This document shows positions 9,787 through 20,420 of a DNA stretch of 64,000 bases, piece by piece. Under the pieces are notes generated by a model that saw only the letters and a list, made by a program, of their open reading frames with translations, did not search any database and was not told the DNA's origin. Numbering within the stretch: the stretch's first letter is position 1; each line of letters opens with the position of its first letter. Source of the stretch: a virus (taxonomy: Duplodnaviria > Caudoviricetes); the IMG/VR virus record IMGVR_UViG_3300031994_000010, positions 96,001 to 160,000 of that record. One strand, 5' to 3'. The position numbers were made by a program, and so were the translations under genes.

Positions 9787-10778
9787 TTTACACGTTTTTT
9801 AATATTCTCTTTTATAAATTCAATAGTTTTATCTTTTCCAAACATCTTATAGAAATCTGATATATCCTTTGCTCCATATTTACGAGGTATCCAAAAATAA
9901 TTAAGTTCTGGATGCTCTTTTTTAATCTTATTCATATTAGATATTCCAGGTAAATCATTATCATAAAATACAACGATATGATTAAATCTAGTTTTTAAAT
10001 CTGACAACATTTTATCCGAAATAAATAAATTTTCAGAATTAGGGGCTATTGCAGCTATTCCCATACTATAAAGTACCATACAATCTTTCATAGATTTAGT
10101 AATAACTAGTAATTTACTTTTTTTAGGAAGTTGTGCATACCCTTGAACAAGTTTAGATGGAGTATTAGATAAAAATCTATAAGTGGTTCGTTTTGGAAAA
10201 TAAATTCTCCAATATTCTAATCCGTCCTTTTTTCCTTCATAATAACCAAACATCATACTATCTTTAGAAGAAGTAATAAATAAGTTACCATTTAAGAAAA
10301 TGTTTTTACAACTAAATACTTTGTATTTGTTTAGAATTTCTGGAGTTATTCCAAAACTCTTCCACCAATCTAATTCTTTCTTAGAATATTCTTTTATCTC
10401 TACTCGTATATCGGATGTACCATTATCTACAAACTTTTCAACAGTTGGAATCTTTTTAACTTTAGCTGATTTACCTGAAATAAATCCAAAATCTATAGCT
10501 ATTTGATTTAAAGCTTGATAATAGCTAAGACCGTATTTATACATTACTACAGCTACAAAGTTTCCATAAAAAGAACCATTAAAATCTTTAAAGATAAGTT
10601 CTCCAGCTTTATTTCTATAAAAGGAACAAGTAGGAGATTTGTCTTTTCTAAGAGGAGATTTAAACAATCCTTTCTTAACTGGAATGTCTAGATAATAAGT
10701 CATATAGACTTCTTCAGAATGTTTAGATAAAAGATATTCCTTAGTAATTCTGGGTTCAAAATCAAATTTAAGTTCCAT
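9783..10778 (-). CDS. DNA primase (phage DnaG/TOPRIM type)
   Basis: SPLRKDKSPTC N-terminal region; TOPRIM-like ITKSMKD and YDND motifs. Confidence 0.85.
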   Translation of the reverse strand: MELKFDFEPRITKEYLLSKHSEEVYMTYYLDIPVKKGLFKSPLRKDKSPTCSFYRNKAGELIFKDFNGSFYGNFVAVVMYKYGLSYYQALNQIAIDFGFISGKSAKVKKIPTVEKFVDNGTSDIRVEIKEYSKKELDWWKSFGITPEILNKYKVFSCKNIFLNGNLFITSSKDSMMFGYYEGKKDGLEYWRIYFPKRTTYRFLSNTPSKLVQGYAQLPKKSKLLVITKSMKDCMVLYSMGIAAIAPNSENLFISDKMLSDLKTRFNHIVVFYDNDLPGISNMNKIKKEHPELNYFWIPRKYGAKDISDFYKMFGKDKTIEFIKENIKKRVK

Positions 10779-10846
10779 ATATCTTTTATTTATTAGTTGA
10801 ACCCAAAATTACTAAAGATTATTGAATTATAAAAGTCAATTAATTA

Positions 10847-11551
10847 TTAATCGTTAAATAAATCATCAAAATCATCATCTCCATTAGAAGCAGAAGATCC
10901 ATCAATATCAGTAGTTATGGGTTTATGAGCTTCTGGGTCAGAGGGAGATGCAGATTCATACTTCTTCTTTTCTCCTTCTTCCCAAGAACTAAAACTAAGT
11001 TTCTTACCAAGGAAGGCAGACATAAATGCTTTACCATCTTGACCAATTGCACAGTTGGTAATACGGGCATATACTTTACCATCTTGAGTCTTTCTTCCAC
11101 AAAGTTTAAGCTGAATATCATTTTCAGCAGTAGGCATAACAGGTTTAGCTAAAAGCTTCTTAACAACTTCAATAAATTGATCGAAAGTCTTAATCTTACC
11201 AGTACTAGTTAATTCCTTAAGTTTCTCAAATCCAGCTGGATTGTAAACTCCAAGAACCTGAGCAATAAAACATTGACTTCTCTCGAAATCAGAAGGCATA
11301 GGCTTTCCATTATACTCACCACGCTCAGTAGTGGTTGGTTCAAAGATTCTCTCTTTATAAATACCATCTTCACATTCAAATGTGAAATCCCATGCTTTCC
11401 AAGAAGCACCATCTTTACGAGAACCTGTTACTGCATCAGAAACTCCACCAAATTTCACTTTCTTATAAATGTTCCAAGGCTTAAGATAATTACTTTCGGT
11501 TGGAGTAGAAATCTCAGAAAAACTTTTAAAACCTGCACTAAAATCCATCAT
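10847..11551 (-). CDS. putative single-stranded DNA-binding protein
   Basis: replication module position, acidic C-terminal tail (DDDFDDLFND). Confidence 0.5.
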   Translation of the reverse strand: MMDFSAGFKSFSEISTPTESNYLKPWNIYKKVKFGGVSDAVTGSRKDGASWKAWDFTFECEDGIYKERIFEPTTTERGEYNGKPMPSDFERSQCFIAQVLGVYNPAGFEKLKELTSTGKIKTFDQFIEVVKKLLAKPVMPTAENDIQLKLCGRKTQDGKVYARITNCAIGQDGKAFMSAFLGKKLSFSSWEEGEKKKYESASPSDPEAHKPITTDIDGSSASNGDDDFDDLFND

Positions 11552-11553
11552 AA

Positions 11554-12153
11554 TTAATCGTCTAAATTATCAAGAGTAAAATCCAATTCATCTACCATTT
11601 CTGTTTCTTCATCTGTTAAATTACTATTAAGTTCATCTAATTCTTCTTGAACACTAACTGCTACTGCATCATTCTCTTCTTCTACAGCAGGGTCAGCATT
11701 TCTATTCTTTAATACAAACAATCCATTAGTCTTAGGATGAATATCTAAAACAAATATGTCACCAAACTTTGCTAATTCAGTATTATTCTTTCCACCATAC
11801 CTAATAGTATGTGACTTAGTTAATAGATTACCACCTTTATCGCCAAAAGTTTCTTCTAGACCAATTACTGGATACCGTTTACGATTAATAACTTGCATCT
11901 TAATGTTAATCCTATCACCTTCTTCTACTTTCATAGCAGTGACTGCAGCTTCATTAAGAATTAACTTATTATCCTCTCTGATGAGAAGAGGAGTATCATC
12001 ATCATCCCATTCATTCTTCTTTTTCTTTCTAGTAGTCTTTGGTTTAGAAGCTTTAACTGATTCATCACCAAATTCTCTAGTATCTGTAGTAATTTCTCCA
12101 GTAGCTTCATCAAGAAACTCAGTAACTAAGGTTTGTCTAAGTATTTTAATCAT
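11554..12153 (-). CDS. hypothetical protein with acidic tail
   Basis: 199 aa ORF in replication operon. Confidence 0.7.
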   Translation of the reverse strand: MIKILRQTLVTEFLDEATGEITTDTREFGDESVKASKPKTTRKKKKNEWDDDDTPLLIREDNKLILNEAAVTAMKVEEGDRINIKMQVINRKRYPVIGLEETFGDKGGNLLTKSHTIRYGGKNNTELAKFGDIFVLDIHPKTNGLFVLKNRNADPAVEEENDAVAVSVQEELDELNSNLTDEETEMVDELDFTLDNLDD

Positions 12154-12856
12154 TTAGTGGTTCTCCATTTTCAAAAGCGTTAATAGTATCTATAACCAAT
12201 TTCATATTGGGTTCTATATACTCATCTTCAAAACAACCTGCAGTACATCTACAAGTATCATGCATTCCTCCTTTAGTTCTAAATTTATATTCAACGGATT
12301 CTCCGTCATCAGAACTAATTTTCTCAGCATAGATAATATAATTAAACAATCCGTCGATATTTACCTTACTAGTTAACATTTTACCAGTAGTAAACATACG
12401 AATTTCTGGGTCTAAATCAGAACCATCATTTACTAAGTGTGAAATAAACACTACAGTTAGGTCGTCTCTTAGAGTCATACTCATTAAAACGAAATCATAG
12501 TAGTTTTTTGCAAGTAACGTGAACTTTTCATACCCTTTCTCGCTAGCTTTAGCAAAGGTCTCTTCACTAAGTAAATAATTTACATCATCTATTACCAATA
12601 CTTTAATTTCTGGCATTTTTAAACTAACTAATTTAGCTATTTGAGTAACTTTATCAAATTTATTACTAAAATACCAATTACCAGACCAATTTCCTTCACT
12701 GTCTTTAGATAACTTTTTATAGTTCTTTCTAAATCCAGGTATTGATAACTGTTTAGGAGTACAACTAATAATAAATGTTGTCTTTGGATCTAAATACTTT
12801 AAACTGGAGCTTTTACCGCTACCACTAAATCCAGCTAATGCTATAATTTGACTCAC
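12146..12856 (-). CDS. AAA-family ATPase (AAA_24/Sak4-like)
   Basis: Walker A GFSGSGKS, Walker B VLVIDD. Confidence 0.8.
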   Translation of the reverse strand: MSQIIALAGFSGSGKSSSLKYLDPKTTFIISCTPKQLSIPGFRKNYKKLSKDSEGNWSGNWYFSNKFDKVTQIAKLVSLKMPEIKVLVIDDVNYLLSEETFAKASEKGYEKFTLLAKNYYDFVLMSMTLRDDLTVVFISHLVNDGSDLDPEIRMFTTGKMLTSKVNIDGLFNYIIYAEKISSDDGESVEYKFRTKGGMHDTCRCTAGCFEDEYIEPNMKLVIDTINAFENGEPLND

Positions 12857-13926
12857 AATGTAAATGTTAAATTATCCATTTTTTCATCTTTTTCTTCTTT
12901 AGGTTTATCTGCTTTAAATATATTATCATAGTCATAAATTTCTGTAGGCTTAGGAAGCTCTCTAAAATAGCCAGTTAGTCCATCAAAATATAAGACATCA
13001 GCAGCATCGGATTCTCCGTATCTATTCTTTAAACAAATAACAGAACGACATCTTCCGCCTAATTTTTTAATGTCATAACCCCTATAACTAGATAACTTAT
13101 CTTTAATTGGACTATAAACAGCTAAAACAGTTTCAGCATCAAAGCCTGGAACTGAACTATCCATAATATCCTCGATTCTGCTTTCCGAAAACCCTCCTTG
13201 CACGCGAGCCATGCTAGTTCCAGTACGATTTGCTTGCATAATCCATAGAAAACTACTATTAGTCCAGTTTCTAAACTTGACACACCAATCAGAGATACCA
13301 TCTATCTCCTGTTTCTTAGTAGTTCCATTTTGAGGCCGTGCAAGGTTCAAATGGTCTCCGATGAACAATATTACCTTGTCAGGGTTATTAGGCTCATAGC
13401 CGCGACTGGGATGGTCTATATCCGTAAATTTTCCTCGGTCTTTCAAGAAATTTATAACTTTAAAATAGAAACTTTTTGAAGTCATAACTCCATCATCAAA
13501 GTGCAAAATTTTACATACTTTCTCTAACCACTGTCGAGACTCTTGAACTTTTGCATAATCCTCATCGGATAATTTATAGTTCATTTCAATAGATAGAATT
13601 TGTTTAGCTCCTAACCTTATATTATAAGTCTCATAAAGATATAAACTAAGTAATTTAGCTAAAATAAATTCTTTTTTCATCTCTAAGTTAAAGAAAAGTA
13701 TTTCTAATTTATCATCTTCAAGATGTTGTTGAATTGGTTTATACACATAACTATATAAAGTAACCGTACTCTTACCTACTCCCGAAAGAGCAAACAAAAC
13801 AGTATAATTAGCTTTCTTTACTCCATCAGTTAACTTATCTAGTTTAGGTAAACCAGTACTATAACCCCAGTTTCTACCTTGTCTGCCAGTATCAATTTCA
13901 TTATAAAAAGAATCAAGAACGGTCAT
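12853..13926 (-). CDS. DnaB-like replicative helicase
   Basis: TGLPKLD, ALSGVGKS, FNLEM, DHLNL, QANR, LKNRYG. Confidence 0.85.
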   Translation of the reverse strand: MTVLDSFYNEIDTGRQGRNWGYSTGLPKLDKLTDGVKKANYTVLFALSGVGKSTVTLYSYVYKPIQQHLEDDKLEILFFNLEMKKEFILAKLLSLYLYETYNIRLGAKQILSIEMNYKLSDEDYAKVQESRQWLEKVCKILHFDDGVMTSKSFYFKVINFLKDRGKFTDIDHPSRGYEPNNPDKVILFIGDHLNLARPQNGTTKKQEIDGISDWCVKFRNWTNSSFLWIMQANRTGTSMARVQGGFSESRIEDIMDSSVPGFDAETVLAVYSPIKDKLSSYRGYDIKKLGGRCRSVICLKNRYGESDAADVLYFDGLTGYFRELPKPTEIYDYDNIFKADKPKEEKDEKMDNLTFTL

Positions 13927-14531
13927 AAACTCCTAATGGTTTCATAGTTGATGTTTGCTAGTTTACCATCTTTAAGAGCTTGTAACTCATTCCATTTCCT
14001 ATCTATGATGAATGAGCTGAGAGACATATTAATAAAATGTACTTCATTATTCTGTTCCCATTTAATTAAGTCTATTATTTCTTTGTGTTTCTCTGGATTC
14101 CAATTAATTGACTTACTATAATACCTAAAAGCATCTTCTGGAGTATTAAACTTCTTAGATATAGAACGGATTGAAACAATTGAACCGTTAATATTAGCAA
14201 ACATTGGATAAGTTTCAAATAATTCTGAACCCATCTCAAACGATGCTTTCCAAAATGTTTTAATAACATTCTTATTTAATTCCACATCAAGAGGATTAAA
14301 TTTTTCTCCTTTGCCAGGTATTTTATAAGACTTGAGTATGACTCCTTTATTTTGAAGAGAAAGTAGAATCTCTCTAAAAGTACTTTTATTGGAATCAATC
14401 TGTAAATATCGATATAGATAATCTTTATTATCTTCGAATAGAAGTATAGTCTTTAGAACAAATAGTTCCGTTGGATTAAGTCTATACTTCTCTAAAATAA
14501 CTATGTCATCATCAATATTATAAGTGTTCAA
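13923..14531 (-). CDS. hypothetical protein, possible helicase loader
   Basis: 202 aa, coupled to DnaB-like gene; ELFETYP motif. Confidence 0.55.
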   Translation of the reverse strand: MNTYNIDDDIVILEKYRLNPTELFVLKTILLFEDNKDYLYRYLQIDSNKSTFREILLSLQNKGVILKSYKIPGKGEKFNPLDVELNKNVIKTFWKASFEMGSELFETYPMFANINGSIVSIRSISKKFNTPEDAFRYYSKSINWNPEKHKEIIDLIKWEQNNEVHFINMSLSSFIIDRKWNELQALKDGKLANINYETIRSL

Positions 14532-14601
14532 TGTAGTATAAAAATGTTTACACTACGAAATAGTTAATATCCTCTCGGATTTGTAATAATTTGTATAAGA
14601 G

Positions 14602-15882
14602 TTACCAACGAAAATACAAGTTAGTCAAAGACTTACTTGTTGGAGTTATCTCCTCTCCAGCTAATATTTCATCTAATTCTTTTTCATCAATTTTTGTTAT
14701 GTTTGCTCCATAAGCATTCTTTAACCAAGATTCTTCAACGGTTCCTCTAATAACAAGTATAAAGTTCTCAGCAACTTTACCTTTTTCCATTCTAATAACA
14801 CGTCCTCTTTTTTGAATAGCTTTAGTCTTACTACTGTCTATACCTAAATGAATAGCAACACTTAAACCTTTCAAGTCTGCACCTTCATTTAATTTTTGGC
14901 AAGAGTTAATTAGAGCTGGAGCGGGCATTTCACTAAATTCTTCTAATGTAGCTCGTCCTTTTTTCTTAGACATTTTACCTGTGTAAACATATCCTATACC
15001 AATAGACTCTGCCATCTTGACATTATTAGAAAAAGTGATTATTTTTTTATCAGAACGTGCTTCAATTATTTTTCGAGCTATCTCGACCTTTTTAGGATGG
15101 TTATTAATGAACTTTTTACGAGCTTGCATTACTCTCATAAAGCCTGCTGAGTGTATTATAATTGACTTTAAAACTTGAGATTTTTCTTCTTTTGTTCCCT
15201 TTGGACACATTCTATCCCGAAGTCTAAGTCTCCCGTTTAAACCATTAGGTCCCACGCAGGACATGACTAATCCAAAATCGTGGTTAAAGAACTCAAAGTG
15301 CTCATAAAACTCTTTATTTAATTGATTGTAGTAGTCTATGTCGTCTACATCAATTAGAACTGCGTACTCTTTATACTTGCTTATCCACCCATTAAAAAGA
15401 GCTTCTTCAGTGGAGATTTTATCAATAACTGGACAGTATTTAGCTATTAACTCTTCTTTTCCATCCAATCTTTCAAATGTTGCAGTTAATCCTAAGATAT
15501 ATTTGTAATTAACTACATTAAATATCTTAGAGAATAATTCTGACCCATAACGATGGAGTTCATCAAGTACTAAGATAGTTGTTTTCCAATTTACCTTAAC
15601 TGCACTATTAATAATTTGAACTTCTCCATTAAAGGAAAGGCCTCTTTCATCGAGTTGAGCCAACCATTGGTCTTGTAATGCTTGTGTAGGAACTATAACA
15701 AGATATTTTACATTAGGGTTGTGCTTAATTGCCTTAGAAAGAATATTAAGCCCAATTCTGGTTTTTCCTAGGCCAGTGGGTGCAACTATACACCCCTTTC
15801 CTCGGTGTTTAAACCAGTTTTTCATGCACATTTCTTGTCTTTCGTCCCTTGTATAAGGAGTAAACAGTTCTAATTGTTTCAC
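14602..15882 (-). CDS. superfamily 2 helicase
   Basis: PTGLGKT, DELH, GLTAT, LNEGADL, QKRGRVIR. Confidence 0.9.
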   Translation of the reverse strand: MKQLELFTPYTRDERQEMCMKNWFKHRGKGCIVAPTGLGKTRIGLNILSKAIKHNPNVKYLVIVPTQALQDQWLAQLDERGLSFNGEVQIINSAVKVNWKTTILVLDELHRYGSELFSKIFNVVNYKYILGLTATFERLDGKEELIAKYCPVIDKISTEEALFNGWISKYKEYAVLIDVDDIDYYNQLNKEFYEHFEFFNHDFGLVMSCVGPNGLNGRLRLRDRMCPKGTKEEKSQVLKSIIIHSAGFMRVMQARKKFINNHPKKVEIARKIIEARSDKKIITFSNNVKMAESIGIGYVYTGKMSKKKGRATLEEFSEMPAPALINSCQKLNEGADLKGLSVAIHLGIDSSKTKAIQKRGRVIRMEKGKVAENFILVIRGTVEESWLKNAYGANITKIDEKELDEILAGEEITPTSKSLTNLYFRW

Positions 15883-15886
15883 CTAA

Positions 15887-16777
15887 TTACTCATTTGGTC
15901 TGTGTGACTTAAGTTCAATTCCACGAACCTTACAAACTTCTTCAATTTGTGAAATTCTGGTTTCCCATTGAACTATATGATTTTCAATTTCTTCAATAAA
16001 TCTAAACAGGATTTTATTTCGGAGAAGAACAAGTTGGTCAGTAGTAAGCTCAGAATACTTCTTGGTACGAAGATTTAACATAGCTCGTAATTCTGCATAT
16101 GTTAATCCAGCTTGATTAGTCTTAAGTCTTACCTTATCACTGAGATTATGACGATGCTTAATAGTCACTAATCTATCAATCAGTTGACCCTTACTATCAT
16201 ATTCCTTTAAATCTTCACGCTCTTGTGGAGTAAACCAAATACCCAACTTAGTAATGAAGTTAAGAGACAAGTGAGTACGGTCAAAGATTCCAAGACTATC
16301 CAAACAAGCATCTCTAACTTGTTCAATAGTGATGTCCCTAAATTCTGCAGGAAATTCAGCATCAGATGTTACATTATCAATAGTTACTTCAGAATATTTC
16401 TCTTTTGGAAGAACGTCTAGATTATTATCTAAGAGTTCTTTCAAATCCATATAATACAAATGCCTAGAATACAGAGGTCTTCCGTTTGAATTCAAATACT
16501 TTCCTTCAACATATCTGATAAATAGTTCAACATTACATTTAGCTTGTTGCTCCTTTACCATTTTAAGTAGTACATATCTTCCAGGATTCTTTCTATCTGT
16601 ATTATACAACATAGAAAGACAATGATCGTAAAACTTATTTAATTGCTCTTCAGTAGCATCCATTAACTTTATAGTTGGTTGCATTACTTCTCCAGCAACT
16701 TCACGTTTTGGGCCTTTCCAAATATAACCATCTATACTATTCAAAGCCTCCTGCAATTTTTCTCCAAGTACTCCCAT
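15887..16777 (-). CDS. hypothetical protein
   Basis: 296 aa ORF. Confidence 0.75.
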   Translation of the reverse strand: MGVLGEKLQEALNSIDGYIWKGPKREVAGEVMQPTIKLMDATEEQLNKFYDHCLSMLYNTDRKNPGRYVLLKMVKEQQAKCNVELFIRYVEGKYLNSNGRPLYSRHLYYMDLKELLDNNLDVLPKEKYSEVTIDNVTSDAEFPAEFRDITIEQVRDACLDSLGIFDRTHLSLNFITKLGIWFTPQEREDLKEYDSKGQLIDRLVTIKHRHNLSDKVRLKTNQAGLTYAELRAMLNLRTKKYSELTTDQLVLLRNKILFRFIEEIENHIVQWETRISQIEEVCKVRGIELKSHRPNE

Positions 16778-16795
16778 AATTAAATTTTCTTTTAA

Positions 16796-17116
16796 TCATA
16801 AAACAATATCTTTATTAAAATTATCTGGTAAATCTAATATAAACTTAAGAAATTGAATATTAGTATACTTATATGGAACTTGTGTATTAGTATTAGTATC
16901 ATACCAAGTGTCTTCACCAGCAATAATCTCAGCATACGTGAGAAATCCTGTATCAAAAAGTTTAAAAGACTCATTATCCCAATTAGGATATCTAACACAC
17001 ATTATATATTTATTTGTCCAATGATTAGATTCTAAATTACAAAATACATAAGTTATATATCCATCTATATCTATATTATAATCTACTAATTTAGCCCGAA
17101 TTGTTATTTTCTGCAT
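16796..17116 (-). CDS. hypothetical protein
   Basis: 106 aa ORF. Confidence 0.7.
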   Translation of the reverse strand: MQKITIRAKLVDYNIDIDGYITYVFCNLESNHWTNKYIMCVRYPNWDNESFKLFDTGFLTYAEIIAGEDTWYDTNTNTQVPYKYTNIQFLKFILDLPDNFNKDIVL

Positions 17117-17241
17117 AGTCTATACATCCATATTTAGCAAAATCACATCTACAATGATCAGCTTGCCCATCAAAACACGGATATTTCCTACACTCTATAC
17201 AAGTTCGTTCAGGAAATTTAAATTTAATTCCCCATTTATCT

Positions 17242-17604
17242 TTACTTTCCACAGATTAATAATATCAAAGATACAACAAATCCTACTCCAGTACCAGTTA
17301 TTAAAGTATTTTTAACTTTAATAGATTTATTTAACTTTTTAATTCTTGCTTCTTGGTCACTAATAACAGATTGATAAACAAGACTGTTTGTTTCACATTC
17401 AGTATTAAGTTCCTTTAAATCAGTAATTTCTTGTTCTAATAAAGGAACTTTTTTACTTAGAAACTCATGCTCAGCAAAAATCATATTAGTTAGCTTTAAC
17501 TGTTCTGCTGTTATGGTGTAAGTTGTATCGTTCGAGATAGTCTGAGAAAAACAGTGTGTCAGCGGCAAAAGACTGATTAAAAATGATAGAACAATTCTTT
17601 TCAT
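17242..17604 (-). CDS. membrane-anchored coiled-coil protein (possible spanin component)
   Basis: signal peptide, coiled coil, C-terminal hydrophobic helix; overlaps 17486..17773. Confidence 0.45.
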   Translation of the reverse strand: MKRIVLSFLISLLPLTHCFSQTISNDTTYTITAEQLKLTNMIFAEHEFLSKKVPLLEQEITDLKELNTECETNSLVYQSVISDQEARIKKLNKSIKVKNTLITGTGVGFVVSLILLICGK

Positions 17605-17773
17605 AATTAGTATTTAATATGAGGATACTATCTTCGATATTTTCAATCTCATGTTTCAAACTATCAGTAGGAGAGATTATTTTAGATTGTGGTTTATTAC
17701 AATAGTAAAAAATCCCTCCTACTATGAGCAAACTAATTGTTGCTAAGAGACTCCAAGTTATCGCTTTCATCAA
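17486..17773 (-). CDS. N-terminal TM protein (possible spanin component)
   Basis: N-terminal TM helix then coiled coil; overlaps next gene in another frame. Confidence 0.4.
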   Translation of the reverse strand: MMKAITWSLLATISLLIVGGIFYYCNKPQSKIISPTDSLKHEIENIEDSILILNTNYEKNCSIIFNQSFAADTLFFSDYLERYNLHHNSRTVKAN

Positions 17774-18158
17774 AAATCAAATCATCATATTTGTTATAAG
17801 CATAATCCCAATTGGCTAGCTCCTGATTTAGATAGTCTATTACTAACTCAGAAATCTTTCTGCCAATCTTGTAAACTTTCCTATAAGCTTTGGCTTCTGC
17901 TATTCTCTTACCAACAATTTCATCGTAAGTGTCTCGTCCTCCGCAAACAGTTTTAGCTTCTACTTCAAAGGTATGATAACCATATCCTACTTTATGCTTA
18001 AACGCAGGCTGTGTGAAATACTCACCTAATTTATGTACCAACCGAGGACCCATAAAGTTATATACATCTGACTCTGGAACTTTAACTCCACAATAAAGTT
18101 TACAAATAGTGACATTGCCACTCTTAAAGATTTTCTTGTCTACAATTTCGATTTTCAT
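17733..18158 (-). CDS. hypothetical phage protein
   Basis: C-x4-D-x-Y-D-E-x2-GKRIAEAKA motif; ends in TAG. Confidence 0.7.
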   Translation of the reverse strand: MKIEIVDKKIFKSGNVTICKLYCGVKVPESDVYNFMGPRLVHKLGEYFTQPAFKHKVGYGYHTFEVEAKTVCGGRDTYDEIVGKRIAEAKAYRKVYKIGRKISELVIDYLNQELANWDYAYNKYDDLIFDESDNLESLSNN

Positions 18159-18547
18159 AATTTAAATCTGTTAAATAATTTTTTGATTTTAGTATTTAAA
18201 TCTATATCATATATTGAACACCAGTCATTTGAGTTGTATATGTCTAATATTTCTTCTGGAGATAAATCTTCTTCTGAAGTGATTTCAGAATGTTTAAGAG
18301 GATTTATTTCAATACCTTCTGCTCTTAACCAAACATGAAAACATCCGTCTCCTTCAGGTTCTCCGTCAAATAAAACTGTGTATTCAACTTCTAATTCAGA
18401 TAACTTTTGAGCTATTACGCTAGCCACATAGCAACACCCTCCTCGATTAATATAATATTTATTATCGAGATATACACAAAGATTGTTAATACGTCTTATT
18501 AAACGTTTGACTCTGTAATATCCGGGTCTATTGGTAACTTCTTGCAT
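18155..18547 (-). CDS. hypothetical protein (papain-like GGCC...HVW motif)
   Basis: INRGGCCYVA...FHVW. Confidence 0.55.
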   Translation of the reverse strand: MQEVTNRPGYYRVKRLIRRINNLCVYLDNKYYINRGGCCYVASVIAQKLSELEVEYTVLFDGEPEGDGCFHVWLRAEGIEINPLKHSEITSEEDLSPEEILDIYNSNDWCSIYDIDLNTKIKKLFNRFKL

Positions 18548-18810
18548 TTTTCTGTTAATTCGTCTATTATTTCTCTATATTCCTTAAGGTACTCCGACAT
18601 AGTTAAAGCTTCCTCAGGATGTTTATTATGCATCCTATAGGCAGCAATGACCAATATAGCATGGTCCAAAGTATAACCATATCCTTCTAGCTTAAATTCT
18701 TCTCTAGAAGCACATCCTTTCGGTTTAATAGTTTTTAATAAGTACAAATCCCAGAAAATAGCAGAGTTACTAATTTGCTCTAACCTATAATCAGACTCTT
18801 CTATAATCAT
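18499..18810 (-). CDS. hypothetical protein
   Basis: 103 aa ORF. Confidence 0.65.
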   Translation of the reverse strand: MIIEESDYRLEQISNSAIFWDLYLLKTIKPKGCASREEFKLEGYGYTLDHAILVIAAYRMHNKHPEEALTMSEYLKEYREIIDELTEKCKKLPIDPDITESNV

Positions 18811-18843
18811 TTCTTTTCTGAACCAGGTCTTGTAGTTGCGTTT

Positions 18844-19143
18844 TTATGACTCTGTGGATAACTGTCCCACTCCTTCTGTCTCGCTTGTAGCTTCTTTATC
18901 CGATTTTTCTGTTTCATAAAACTCGCTAATTTCATTAAACATATTTCTTAGATCTTTTCTAATCTTTTCTTCTGAACTATCTAAATCTTTTTGTTTAAGA
19001 AGTTCTACACTACTTTCTATGTAAGCAGATGTTACAATAGCTAATGCAGATAGTCCTTCTAAAATAGTAGGTGCAGAAGCTTGAAACACAGCATTAATAG
19101 CTGTAGTTAATTGTTCAATTTTTTCTAATTCTTCGTTATTCAT
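18844..19143 (-). CDS. hypothetical protein
   Basis: 99 aa ORF. Confidence 0.65.
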   Translation of the reverse strand: MNNEELEKIEQLTTAINAVFQASAPTILEGLSALAIVTSAYIESSVELLKQKDLDSSEEKIRKDLRNMFNEISEFYETEKSDKEATSETEGVGQLSTES

Positions 19144-19151
19144 ATAACAAT

Positions 19152-19197
19152 AAAAAAATAAGGGAGTACCAAAGCATTACTGCTCTGATACTCCCTT
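19152..19197 (-). terminator. rho-independent terminator
   Basis: AAGGGAGTA/TACTCCCTT stem with U-run on minus strand after RNase H. Confidence 0.55.
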
Positions 19198-19198
19198 G

Positions 19199-19612
19199 TT
19201 AATCCATAAATTCTTTACTAGCTGCTACAGCTAATGAATCACATAGATTATTAAAGGAGTTGGAAGCATGTCCTTCGACCCATTCAAATTCGATTTTAGT
19301 CTTAACTAATGCCTGTGCTTTAGCAAAAACTTTATCAAATTGTTCCCAAAGAGAAACATTCTTTTTACGTTTCCAACCTTTAGTAGCACATCCTATGACA
19401 TACATACTATCGGTTTTAATCGTTAAAGAATCAATTGGCTGTTTAATAGAACCTAGAGCTAATATGACTGCTCCTAATTCCATTTTATTATTTGTAACAC
19501 CTTTATATGCTTTAGAGTACCTATATAACTCTTTTTCATTTTCAGTTGCTACTAATGCCAATCCCCCTTGGTCTCTGGCGGAAGAATAACTACCATCGGT
19601 ATAAATTACCAT
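19199..19612 (-). CDS. rnhA: ribonuclease HI
   Basis: YTDGS, TNNKMEL, TDSMY, WVEGH, N-x-x-CDSLA. Confidence 0.9.
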   Translation of the reverse strand: MVIYTDGSYSSARDQGGLALVATENEKELYRYSKAYKGVTNNKMELGAVILALGSIKQPIDSLTIKTDSMYVIGCATKGWKRKKNVSLWEQFDKVFAKAQALVKTKIEFEWVEGHASNSFNNLCDSLAVAASKEFMD

Positions 19613-19770
19613 TACTCGCTCATCTATGCGATTGTATCTACATTAACTGTGTCTACCAATGTATCCACAACTTCTGTAGAATCAGAATTATCTACTACGT
19701 TTTCTACTTTGTTTCCAGTACAAGCCATCATAAATAATGAGGCTACAAACACAAAAATTAACTTTTTCAT
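19612..19770 (-). CDS. small lipoprotein; TAG near C-terminus read as Gln
   Basis: MKKLIFVFVASLFMMAC lipobox; readthrough ends at TAA overlapping RNase H ATG (TAATG). Confidence 0.65.
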
Positions 19771-20162
19771 TTTTTTCTCTAATTTACTATACGTTTAAGA
19801 CATTTTGTATATAAGGTATTACCTTTGCCGGCATACCCAAGATTTTCTAAAAATTTATAATAATCTCCACCCTTATACTTAGATTGAATCAATTTTTTAT
19901 AGGCCTTTACTGACTCAGCCCAGTGAGTATAGGTTCTATAGCCCCTTGCACTATTTAAACCAAAGAGATTATTCTTTACTCGGCAGATTCTTGAAGTGTA
20001 GTTGCCAGTCTCGAGTTTGGCTTGAGCTAACACTATTTCAGGAAATTTAATATCGTTTTTTATTAATTCTGCCATCAATGTACTGTCATTTAAGGTTTGA
20101 GAGTTAGCTAAGCTCACACTACCTATAAATAAGACAATACATAAAACTAATTTTTTCATCAT
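19767..20162 (-). CDS. glucosaminidase (GH73-like) peptidoglycan hydrolase; possible upstream start at 20192 through a TAG
   Basis: LAQAKLETG, NNLFGL, GYA motifs; TAG at 19779 reads through to TGA overlapping next ATG. Confidence 0.8.
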
Positions 20163-20346
20163 CTACTGATATGATTTCATTAATCTGCTCATAAACATGG
20201 ATTCACTCCTGCTTTTATTGCTGGACCATACATTTTGCTCCAACTGTTAACATAAGCTCTTCCAATTCTCTTAACTAAACTAATTGCTCTCTTCATAATT
20301 GTTCTTAAATTTAAAGTTTAATAAATAAATAATCTGAGAGGACGGA

Positions 20347-20420
20347 GGGAGTTTGATAGGGTTCGAACCTATGTATACCAGAACCACAATCTGGCGCCTA
20401 ACCACTCGGCCACAAGCTCC
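20347..20420 (-). tRNA. tRNA-His(GUG)
   Basis: cloverleaf; CCAGA-TTGTGGT-TCTGG anticodon arm, GTTCGAA T-loop. Confidence 0.85.
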
